Shown here piece after piece: positions 1 through 9,263 of a stretch of 64,000 nt of DNA. Origin of the DNA: Naegleria gruberi. Its lineage: Eukaryota. How positions within the stretch are numbered: the first letter of the stretch is position 1; every line of letters begins with the position of its first letter. The stretch lies in assembly GCA_000004985.1 (NCBI GenBank), contig GG738845.1; one strand, written 5' to 3'. The notes beneath the pieces were generated by a model. It was not told the origin of the DNA. It was given only the letters and a program-made list of their open reading frames with translations, and ran no database searches. The position numbers and the translations under genes were made by a program.

Positions 1-2
1 GT

Positions 3-152
3 AGTGTTTTAATTGATGAACGCCACTTTTATCAACATAGTGATGAAGAGTCTGAGCATGATGAAAAAACTGATTCATCTGTTGAAGACATTCCAGTGGA
101 AATAATAGCTTCCTCTCTTAACAGGGCATCTTATCCAGCCCACAATTTGTAA
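3..152 (+). CDS. Possible 3' end of a gene truncated by the window edge (acidic tail ...HSDEESEHDEKTDSSVEDIPVEIIASSLNRASYPAHNL*)
   Basis: Frame 3 is open from the window edge to TAA at 150-152. There is no start and no recognisable domain. Support is only positional (it would be convergent with the next gene). Confidence 0.2.
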   Translation, partial: SVLIDERHFYQHSDEESEHDEKTDSSVEDIPVEIIASSLNRASYPAHNL

Positions 153-188
153 TTGTACATTATGAGAAATTGTTACACAACTATGGAT

Positions 189-898
189 TTATTTAGAGTC
201 ATTTCCAAACACTAATTTTTGATTTAGGATATAATTTTGTTCCTTAACAGGCTGAAGAGTTTTTTTGGCCGATTTTGTAAAGTATGTATGCTTTGTAAGG
301 AAATCCAAATTAGAAATGTGCCATTCTCTTGGTGGGAATGGTTTTTTGTTTACCCTTTCTAATTCAAGTCTTAATGATTCGGATTTCAAAAAGTAAAGAT
401 CAGTTCCTAAATGAGCTAAATCGGCATCACAAATAATTTGGCACAATAAACAATCACCTGGATTTTGTGGTACTTGTGTAGCCATAATACATTTACAAAT
501 TCTATCTATTTGATCTTGAGTGTAACCAAATTGTGGCAAATATTTACGAGCTCTATCTGCTCCAAAAGGTTCATTCTTTGGATATTGATCGAGATATCCA
601 GTATCATGGAACAAGGCAGCAGTTTTTCTATTTAATTGTATTATTATCGGAGGAAGAATATTGTCAGCTGCTCTTAACAGTTTAAAAAAACCTACAAAAT
701 TAATGTATCTTCCTCGTTGAGACCTTCTTCTTGTGCCAATTTAATAGAATAACCAATAACATCTTCAAAAGTGTGATTTATGGAGTGATAGAACAAATTC
801 TTATCCAAAGCTTGCATTTGTTCATGTACAAGTTTGTATGCACCTTCATAGTCTGGCGTGGTAGCTGATGAGGTCATTTTTTGTATCTTTACTCCCAT
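189..898 (-). CDS. HD-domain metal-dependent phosphohydrolase, 2 exons
   Basis: Exons are 898..696 and 627..189, with a 68-nt intron at 695..628 (GTAGGT...AATAG). Splicing restores the classic HD signature: ...HSINHTFEDV...EEDTLIL|KTAALFHDTGY..., followed by CDADLAHLG. Summed exon length is 642 nt (214 codons). ATG at 898. Confidence 0.75.
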
Positions 899-1129
899 AT
901 AGCGTCAAGCGTTTTTTAATAAGCTGTTGATCAGAATTATTAGAATTATTATTATTTTCTAAGGAGAACTTGATACTGATGAACTTGTCATGTTCAAGAG
1001 GAAGGTGTTAAGGTTGGCACAAGTGAAATAAGTAGATTATTTAAAACAATTTCATGCACTATTTCTATTTAACGTTTGTTTGTAATTCAAAAACTATAAA
1101 TATGAATATTAATAAAATTATTTTTAAAA

Positions 1130-3529
1130 ATGAAGAACACAAGCAGTGGAAGAAACCTGTGTTCGTTGTTGATGAAGAAAAACCATCATCGGGTTACTGC
1201 TTCCAGACTTTCAGGAACCATTTCATCTCTTCACAACAATATATCAACATGGAAAAGTGTTCCTTCCTTCATTAATAACTCTATCACCATGGCTAGTAAT
1301 AATAATAATTGCAAATTCTATAGTATCATCTCCAATAATAATTTACAATCCGACAAGGAAGACAGGGATGATGATTTTATGGATGACAATTTAATTGAAG
1401 GATTTATTGTTGAATATTTTGATAAGAGTAGTAAAACCATCAAATTAGGCTTGTTGGATGAACATGAATCTGTTATTTATCAAGAGAATTTTACAAATGT
1501 TAAAAACAAGGATGTTGTCATTATAGAAAAGTGGTCAAACATGTTGACTACTTTGAATGATTTACGAGAAATTAGAGAAAAGGCTAATTATATGGTATTG
1601 GATGAAACCTATCAAGCAGATTTTGAACTAAGATTGGAAAATCTATTAATTGAAGGATTTACATCTGGAAAGAAATTTTCATCATCAACATTATCGAATG
1701 AATTATTTGAAATTCAAAGTATGATTACCAGATATATTGCTTTTTATTTATTTGAAAATTCTGGATGTTTCAAATATGATACAAGATCCAACAAGTATAT
1801 TGTTATTGAAACAGATTCTAGTCAGATTAGAGTTAAAGATTTTATAAGGAGAGCTAAGAAGCGTATTCAGGAAATTAATGACTTGAAACAAAAGAATGGT
1901 CAAATAGAAAACAATTCACAGCTTCTCAATGCGAATCTTCATACTAAATGGGATCCAATTATTGATGTGCCACTTTTGAGAAAAATGGAGTTTTTCATCC
2001 TTTCCAACTTTTTGAACTCTAAAAACAAGACTATCATTGAATCAATTTTAGAATCTTTCAGATATCCAAAGAATAGACGTGGAGCTGCCCAATTTCTACA
2101 TGCTGTTGGTCATATGCATTTTGAAAAGTCTTCAAATCTCATGGAAGAGAGTATGGACCCAGATTTTGAAAATGTAAAAAATCTCCCATCGATAGTCAAG
2201 CCATTCCCAAACCAAGTTGAAAGTGCTTCTCAAATCATGCTCAAACAAGTTACTTCATTGATTGAAAAGGAAAAGGAAAATATTTCGAGAAGAGACTTAA
2301 GAAAATTGAAATGTATTGCTATTGACGATATTTCTACACAGGCATACGATGATGCTGTCAGTATTGAAAAGACTGTGAATGGATATAAGATTTATATTCA
2401 TGTTTGTGATGTTTCCTCATTTATTACTAAGAATGATGCCCTTGAAACAGAATCTCGTTCCAGAGTTAAAACAATCTATGGAAAGAATGGTGTCCGTTTA
2501 ATGTTGCATCCTTGTGCTATCAGAGCTATCACGCTTTCACCAGAGAGAGAAAACCTAGGGTTCACTCTTGAACTCAGTCTTATAAAGAGTGGCTCAGAAC
2601 TTAAATTGGACAAGTATGAATTTTACAAATCCATTCTTCCAAAGGTTGAAATATTCACTTATAACACTGTAGACTCACTCTTCAATCAATTTGTAAAGAA
2701 AAAGATGGGCAACAAGTCAACTGATATGGATCAATCTCATCAATTGCTGATAGAAATGCTTCATATTTCAATCAATGTAGATAAGAGTTTGAATTTGGGG
2801 TTAATTTCCAAAACAAAATCAACTCCTGCTCACGATACTGTTGCAATTATTATGAGTATTGCCAATAGTGTCTTGGCTGCTCACATCAAGCAAGTAGATA
2901 TACAAAATCTATTCCCACAATCCAATTCATACTATAGATTTACTTCTCCTATGAGAAGGTATGCTGATTTGGTTACCCACATCCAATATAACTCATTACT
3001 GAACAATAGCAAGGAGCCTATCTATTCAGATAAGGAAATTAAGAATATTTGTACAGAAATTCAATCATTTGAAAAGGATATTTTGGAAACTCAACTAATG
3101 ATGGATAAGAAAAAGAGAGATTTGGCAACATCAAAAAATAAGAATCAATCGGTCAATAATAGCAATCAAAAGCAATCCAATAAGGTGATTGGTAAGGTTG
3201 TTAAAAAGAGAAAGGGTATGAGCTCTGTTTACATCCCATCTATGGATAAAACAATTTCTCTTCACTTGGTTGAATTTGACGAAGTGAAAATGATAGAGCT
3301 ATTGTCTGGCATTCTTCCCGAAACTGAAAAATCATCAATGGATATGCTTGGATGGCCTGCCCTTACTAAGAAAATGAAGGAAAATAGATCTCCAAATGAT
3401 ATTATGGAAGGTTCCAAAGTTGTCTTGAACATCAAACACATTGAATATTACGAAAACGATACTTACAAACCAAAGGTTATTGTTGCTGAACATTGTTTTG
3501 AAGAAAAGGTTGACAATTATACCATTTAA
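1130..3529 (+). CDS. RNB-family 3'-5' exoribonuclease (RNase II/R / Dis3-like), 799 aa
   Basis: Single ORF. RNB motif I is IAIDDISTQAYDDAVSI (2321-2356) and the conserved motif YYRFTSPMRRYADLVTHIQ is present. The ATG is preceded by an A-tract. The N-terminus is basic and S-rich, so possibly organellar. Confidence 0.8.
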   Translation: MKNTSSGRNLCSLLMKKNHHRVTASRLSGTISSLHNNISTWKSVPSFINNSITMASNNNNCKFYSIISNNNLQSDKEDRDDDFMDDNLIEGFIVEYFDKSSKTIKLGLLDEHESVIYQENFTNVKNKDVVIIEKWSNMLTTLNDLREIREKANYMVLDETYQADFELRLENLLIEGFTSGKKFSSSTLSNELFEIQSMITRYIAFYLFENSGCFKYDTRSNKYIVIETDSSQIRVKDFIRRAKKRIQEINDLKQKNGQIENNSQLLNANLHTKWDPIIDVPLLRKMEFFILSNFLNSKNKTIIESILESFRYPKNRRGAAQFLHAVGHMHFEKSSNLMEESMDPDFENVKNLPSIVKPFPNQVESASQIMLKQVTSLIEKEKENISRRDLRKLKCIAIDDISTQAYDDAVSIEKTVNGYKIYIHVCDVSSFITKNDALETESRSRVKTIYGKNGVRLMLHPCAIRAITLSPERENLGFTLELSLIKSGSELKLDKYEFYKSILPKVEIFTYNTVDSLFNQFVKKKMGNKSTDMDQSHQLLIEMLHISINVDKSLNLGLISKTKSTPAHDTVAIIMSIANSVLAAHIKQVDIQNLFPQSNSYYRFTSPMRRYADLVTHIQYNSLLNNSKEPIYSDKEIKNICTEIQSFEKDILETQLMMDKKKRDLATSKNKNQSVNNSNQKQSNKVIGKVVKKRKGMSSVYIPSMDKTISLHLVEFDEVKMIELLSGILPETEKSSMDMLGWPALTKKMKENRSPNDIMEGSKVVLNIKHIEYYENDTYKPKVIVAEHCFEEKVDNYTI

Positions 3530-3646
3530 TTAAAATTTTAATTTTTTACCCACCCTTTCTAATAAATTAATAAATCCAAGTTGAAACCTGAGCTATTACA
3601 TAAATCCATGTGAAGGCTCTCCTGTCAATATTTCCTCCATCCAGGA

Positions 3647-6624
3647 TTATAGTTTTCGTTTAATGGTTCCTGGGTTAGATATTTCAATCAAATCTCTAAA
3701 GCAAAGAGCTCGCACCTGAACATTGAATAGAGATTGTAGTTTAGAATCATCCTTCTTTGCTTTTTTCATTTGTGCAAATCTCTCCAACCATTCAGCCACT
3801 TCAATTTCATACCTTACATTCATTTTACATTGTTCCAAGGTGTTTTTTGCCATGTACAAGTCTGGTGTTTCATGTTTTTCTTTTGTATTGTCACATAGGA
3901 ATAGAGTTGGATGGTAAAAGGCTAGATTGTACTCATAGCCTTCCCTCTTTGTGAGAGGTCTGATGAATTGATTGAGAGATTGTCCTTTCATAGGTTGAAT
4001 GAAAAATAATTCATTGAGCACCAACTTTTCGATCCATGGCCTTTTCGAATATTCTTTCGTATTGATGGAAATGAATTCGGTTTGATATATCGTAGAAGGA
4101 CTTGTAAACATGTCCGTAAATAGAGTTTTGAGCTTGCTTTGGACCTTCTTCCATGTTTCTTGAGAGATTTGTTCTGATGTTTCTGCTGTATCGATCTGAG
4201 AGGAGAGAATTGACTTTCTCTTTTGCTTTCTACCTTTGAAAATCGTTTCATCTTTGTATGTAGAGCAACATCCCTCACAATAATACTTGATAATGGTGTT
4301 GACTTCCTCTGGTGTAATGTCAATACATGAAAAGTGATAGTGATTTCTGCATCTTTCACACATAACCATTTCATTGGTTTTCCAAGATCCTCCACATTTA
4401 CAAAAAGTATTCTTCTTTCTTTTAGAGACTGATTTACCGGATTGGTGCTCTTTCAAAGCTTTACAATATTTACAATTAAATGCTCGTTTTTCACTGTAAT
4501 CAGTGGCCTTTTCCCCTACACATTTGCAGTGATACCAAATCTCACAACTCTCACACTGTATCATATCATCTCTTGAGCTATCATATATACCTCTACAGAA
4601 ACAATAATTTGTATCTTGTTGTTCAGTTCTAACACAAGTATTACAGTGGAAGGTTTTGGAAGGTGGGTTGTGAACTCCAACGCATGATTTGTGGAATACA
4701 TTATTGCAAAGATTACACTCAACCTTATCTCTTGGCTTGAGCTCGAGTTGACAAAAACAACTAGTCTTAGATTTGGGAATGAGTTGTTTTGGATCAAATT
4801 CTTCCTCATCGTCAGACATGTACTTAGCTGATTCAGAATTGGATTGGAATTGCTTTGTAAGATAATTCATTGTTTCTAGCGGTAAACTACTACTATCACC
4901 ACTGCTGATTAATTGTTCAGCAGTGGTATCGCTTGTTTGAATAGTTACATCTTTGAAAATGGAAGATAATGTATTATATTCCTCTTCAAATAGACCTTGG
5001 TTGCTTCTTATTTCATCAATTTTGACTTGCCAACAAGCTAAAAAGTCAACAATGTTTTCCTTTGGTATATCACCTCTATTATTGTTGGCATCATAAAGAA
5101 AAATATGATTAACTTACTTTAGTGCTGTAATAATCTTCTTGAACCAAGATTGCTCTTTGAAACTTCTTGGAGAAATAATGGACTGATGGATAATTAGGAC
5201 AAGATCGTCATTCTTCTCTTCACCAATTATTTCCAAGGTTTGTTTAACATTTTGCTCTTTAAAAACCAAGCAACGCAGGGCTATTTCGATCAATTCAACA
5301 ATGAGAGGATGAATGTAAAAGAAAAATCTGAATTGAGTTATACAGGGACTTATATCTTCTTCAGTAACATTGTTTCCACTTTAAACAACAACATTCTTAT
5401 CCAAACATTGATAAGGCTATTAACTTACAATTTCGATTTTACAGAAGGTAATGATTTCAATAGTGGCAATAACTCTTTAGAAAAGAGAATTTGTAAACAT
5501 TTTTCGTCTGGTAATGTGAAAAAAGCTCTAGTAAAAATAGAGAGTGGGCAATAGTGGAAATGTCTAGTATACAAATGCTATTCCATTTCAATAATTTCAG
5601 TAATCACATTGAAACTTACCTTGAGAGAGTTGGAAAAATGTTTGAGGGATGTAAAATCGTTCATTAAAAATTTCAAAACTTCATAGCTAGGTCTTAAATT
5701 AACATTGAAATTTTTCTGAATAAAGAGATCATTGGTACATTTCAAAAATAGTGGCTTTGCTAATGATTGAGTTTTGAACGTTTTGATTTGAAATCTGCTC
5801 AACTGTTGTACAATATTAGTTTGTTCAATTAAAAATAGTTTAACTTACATCAACATTCATCCCTTCCAAAATATCAACTCCCTTCTCATCCACTCTCAAG
5901 ATATTAATGATTGGAAATCTTGAAGAATATGATGAACACAACTCTAACCATTTTCCAATTTGAGGTACATTGTGAGTATTCTCGAAAACAAATACGATTG
6001 CCTTCTTTCCACCAGGTGAAGAATATGTCATTTCTTTAAGGGCGTCGGGTAATCCAAATACTTTGTTTGTATACTTTTGTGCAATTAGTGTCAATAGAGC
6101 TTTTAAGGTTGGAAACATTGTCTCTGATCTGAAAATGCAAACATGAAATCCGTCCAATTTTTGTCCTTTTTTTGGAGCTTCTTCCTCATAATCTTCATAG
6201 TCCTCGTATTCATCATATTCGTCATCATATTCCACATATGAATCTCTAATGAAAAATGATTCCATTAATTTGTCTATTATTTCGAAACAATTAACATTCG
6301 AAATGTGACATTTAACCTACTTGTTGTTGTTTTCAAAATGATTACAGGTGAAATACATTTACTCAAGCCTTTATCAAATCTTTCTGCAATATCCTGTAAC
6401 TCTTCAATAATTAACTCTTCAGTGTGGGTATTTTCTTCAGCACTTGCCTTTCTATTGATAAACTCTTCCACATTATGAATTGATGAATCTATAATTTTCT
6501 GATATTTATCATGTTTTAAAAAGTCCTTTCTTGCCTCCGATAAGTCTTGTTCTTCAAGAATCAACTTCTTCTTGTGTGATCTCCGCCTAGAACGAACAGG
6601 TATTGTCAAAGAGTTGTTTATCAT
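3647..6624 (-). CDS. ORC3: Origin recognition complex subunit 3-like protein with three inserted PHD fingers, 6 exons, 916 aa
   Basis: Exons are 6624..6321, 6273..5849, 5802..5620, 5577..5429, 5378..5118 and 5075..3647. Introns are 47, 46, 42, 50 and 42 nt, with GTAGGT/GTAAGT donors and AG acceptors; total 2751 nt is in frame. ORC3-like blocks recalled from human ORC3: AIVFVFENTH...RFPIINIL; FNVNLRPSYEVLKFLMNDFTSLKHFSNSLK|HLYTRHFHYCPLSIF; LPDEKC..SLPSVKS; FFFYIHPLIVELIEIALRCL. The C-terminal block is PDLYMAKNTLEQCKMNV..VAEWLERFAQM...RDLIEISNPGTIK. Three PHD fingers lie at 4759..4265: CFCQ..CNLCNNVFHKSCVG..HCNTC; YCFCRGIYDSSRDDMIQCESCEIWYHCKCVG..CKYC; FCKCGGSW..MVMCERCRNHYHFSCI..YCEGC. Confidence 0.72.
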
Positions 6625-6652
6625 TTTTTTAAAAACTAATTTTTTGAATAAA

Positions 6653-6662
6653 TTTTGGCGGG
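6653..6662 (-). promoter_or_regulatory. E2F-type element CCCGCCAAAA, 38 nt upstream of the ORC3-like ATG
   Basis: The plus strand reads TTTTGGCGGG at 6653-6662. It lies in the 66-bp spacer between the exonuclease stop (6691) and the ORC3-like ATG (6624). The same 8-mer recurs upstream of three other genes (see findings). Confidence 0.5.
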
Positions 6663-6690
6663 TAAAACATTATTGTTGCTTCCAAGAAAA

Positions 6691-8343
6691 CTATTGAGTA
6701 TTGAACTTTATTGGAATGTTGTACTTGTTGGAAATGTGATCCTCATAGTGATGATGACCTGAATCGAAAAATTCCATCAGATTTTCCTTCACTCGTTTAG
6801 ATCTCTCCTCAATTTGTTGTTCAAAGTTTGGAATTTGCATCTTGATTCTGAAAAGATTACTTGCTGGATTTGAGATATGTTTGAAAAAGTAATAACCTGC
6901 CAGTACATCAAGGGCAGCATATTCAATTCTTATGTTTCCTTTGGATGTTGAGGGCCTCATATCTTTTGGATTCCAAATCAAATCATTGTACTTTAAATTA
7001 TTTTCAAATTTGTGATAAATCTTTGGTGCACAGAAGGAGAATAGTTTTTGTAGACCTAATACTAGAGGATCACCTTCAACCCATCCATGTTCGTTCACAT
7101 TCAGGTCGGTTTGCAGGTTTGAATCAACTAATTGTTCATGCTTGTGATGTTGCAACCAATTATTGACCTTTTTAATGTCACCACTCAATGAATAACCAAT
7201 TTTCAAAATTTTTGGACTTCGAAAGAAATCGAGAAGGAATTTAGGAATGGGCTGTTTAAAATCAATTAGTAACACAAGACATACATCCAATGTCGATATT
7301 TGTAAGAGTCTGATACCGTGATCATTTTCATCATTGAAATTCCATTCTGTATCAACAACAAAAATTGAAGATTGATCTGCTGTATCCATGAATGAGTTCC
7401 AAATTCTCTTTTCCAATTTGCTCAATCTAGAGACAATTATCAGCTTGTCAGAATAGTCCAAATGAGTTAGAGATGTTCCAACCAGATGTTTCTTTTCTGG
7501 AATTGCTGATAATTTTTGTTTAATGTCTGTATTCCAAACTGAGAATCCATTCTTTGTTTTCTTTTTCAAATATAATTCATTATTATCCAACAAACCAGAA
7601 ATATATTCCACAAATTTAGAACGGTCGAGACCAAAATAATTAGTATTAGAGTAGACATTGCCAATATTAAAACATGCATCACCACTATTTACATTGAAAA
7701 TTCCCACAAATGAAGAGCAAATCTGTCCAAACAATCGATCCTTAAACTCTTGGCTTGTATTATCCTTTTTGGAAAAGAATGGTGCGATTTTTTTGCAAAC
7801 AATGGTGTCATCTTGAATTTCAGTAATATTGAGCTCTTTGGAATGTTGCTCAACAAATGTTTTGCTTAATAAATAATGTAATCTAGGTAGAATTTGTTTA
7901 AGTTTTGTTGTCATTTCTTTCATAGAACATGAGACAATTCCCTTCTCTTCTTTTCCACAATATTTTAAATAGTTGAAAATAAAAATTACTAATTGTGTAT
8001 CATCACTGCCATAAATTGTGTCAATAATTCTTTTAACAGTAGCAAGTTTATGCAATTCCTTCTTTCCTAATCTCTTTTCCGAGTCGTTTACATCCTCAGT
8101 AGCAACTAAGTCGATATCTTTTTCAAGTACAAAAGATGATGTTATTTGTTCATCCCTTTCATTCTTTTCCTCCGAAGTATGCTTTTTCTTTTTTGTTTTA
8201 GGTTCCAATTTATGTGGTTTTTCTTGTTGTTTAATTTGTGTTGATGATTTTTTCTTCTTATCTTTGTTATGTTGTTTCGATGATGAAGAATTGTTTCCCT
8301 TTTTCAACAGTTGGGATTTAACTTCCTCTCTTCCTCTTTTCAT
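6691..8343 (-). CDS. 3'-5' exonuclease domain protein (DEDDy, WRN-exonuclease/Mut-7-like), 550 aa
   Basis: Single ORF. Exo I is IFVVDTEWNF, followed by LLQISTLDVCLVLLIDF, KILKIGYSLSGDIKKV and the Exo III motif EYAALDVLAGYYFF. The N-terminus is lysine-rich. The ATG is preceded by an A-tract. Confidence 0.75.
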   Translation of the reverse strand: MKRGREEVKSQLLKKGNNSSSSKQHNKDKKKKSSTQIKQQEKPHKLEPKTKKKKHTSEEKNERDEQITSSFVLEKDIDLVATEDVNDSEKRLGKKELHKLATVKRIIDTIYGSDDTQLVIFIFNYLKYCGKEEKGIVSCSMKEMTTKLKQILPRLHYLLSKTFVEQHSKELNITEIQDDTIVCKKIAPFFSKKDNTSQEFKDRLFGQICSSFVGIFNVNSGDACFNIGNVYSNTNYFGLDRSKFVEYISGLLDNNELYLKKKTKNGFSVWNTDIKQKLSAIPEKKHLVGTSLTHLDYSDKLIIVSRLSKLEKRIWNSFMDTADQSSIFVVDTEWNFNDENDHGIRLLQISTLDVCLVLLIDFKQPIPKFLLDFFRSPKILKIGYSLSGDIKKVNNWLQHHKHEQLVDSNLQTDLNVNEHGWVEGDPLVLGLQKLFSFCAPKIYHKFENNLKYNDLIWNPKDMRPSTSKGNIRIEYAALDVLAGYYFFKHISNPASNLFRIKMQIPNFEQQIEERSKRVKENLMEFFDSGHHHYEDHISNKYNIPIKFNTQ

Positions 8344-8376
8344 TTTTTTTGATGAAGTTGACTTTGAAAAGTTTTA

Positions 8377-9159
8377 TTAGGCACATTTTTCAATAAATTG
8401 TGCATCTATTATGTAATCATCGTCGAATGTTTTCTTTTTGGATTTAGACTTTTTCTTTTTCGATTTTTTCAAACCTGAACTGTTTCTAGTTGTTTCTTCA
8501 GTGAATTCCTGATCCTCACCAAAGGATGATTCGAAATTTTCTTGGTCATTAGTGGATTCACTTTCTTGTTTTCTAATCATGATACAAATACCTTCTGCTC
8601 CATCATATTCAGAACGTTCTACATTGAGATCTGTTATGTGAGGTTTAGCCTCAATTTTAGCACCTTCTGGTAATGGAACTCGTCTGTGAAATGTCACAGA
8701 CTCCATCATGCCACTCAAAGGTTTGAGTTTACCCTTTACAACCAGGCAATTTTCATCTATTGAAACTTGAGCTCTCTTTTTTGATAAACCTGGACAAGTT
8801 ACAACTAATTCAAAATGATCGTTTTCCTCATGCCAATTAATAGCAACCGAGTCATGGTTTTGATGTTCTTGTTCATAGACAAAAGCTTGTTTTAGCATTT
8901 CGGGAGCCATTCCTAAAATTGGATGTTCAAAATACATCATATCCTCACTAGGTCCATCTCTTATTCCTTGTTGTTGAATTATTTGAAATGGATCCATAGA
9001 AAATATATCTTCTATGGATCGTCTCTTTTTCAAGCTACTTGATTTTTTCTTTTTTGCCATTAATTTTTGTCCTATTGAAAAACTTCTATTATTCATAATC
9101 GTACATCCAAGCTGTTCTCCGATAAAACGACTTTTAGACAAGTTGTGTAATTTTAGCAT
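8377..9159 (-). CDS. Alpha-crystallin/HSP20-like domain protein, 260 aa
   Basis: The core INWHEENDHFELVVTCPGLSKKRAQVSIDENCLVVKGK...FHRRVPLPEGAKIE...GICIMIRK follows the ACD pattern (PG-x-K, L-x-I/V-x-G, F-x-R-x-x-x-LP). The tail is acidic and lysine-rich. This is a motif-level call only. Confidence 0.55.
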   Translation of the reverse strand: MLKLHNLSKSRFIGEQLGCTIMNNRSFSIGQKLMAKKKKSSSLKKRRSIEDIFSMDPFQIIQQQGIRDGPSEDMMYFEHPILGMAPEMLKQAFVYEQEHQNHDSVAINWHEENDHFELVVTCPGLSKKRAQVSIDENCLVVKGKLKPLSGMMESVTFHRRVPLPEGAKIEAKPHITDLNVERSEYDGAEGICIMIRKQESESTNDQENFESSFGEDQEFTEETTRNSSGLKKSKKKKSKSKKKTFDDDYIIDAQFIEKCA

Positions 9160-9263
9160 TTTTTTTGAATATTTAATATAATTAAATTTAGAATGAAAAA
9201 AATTAGAACCAATAATTTTTGGTTACCATTTAGAAATGGTTAAAATAATTTTCATCTCAATCT

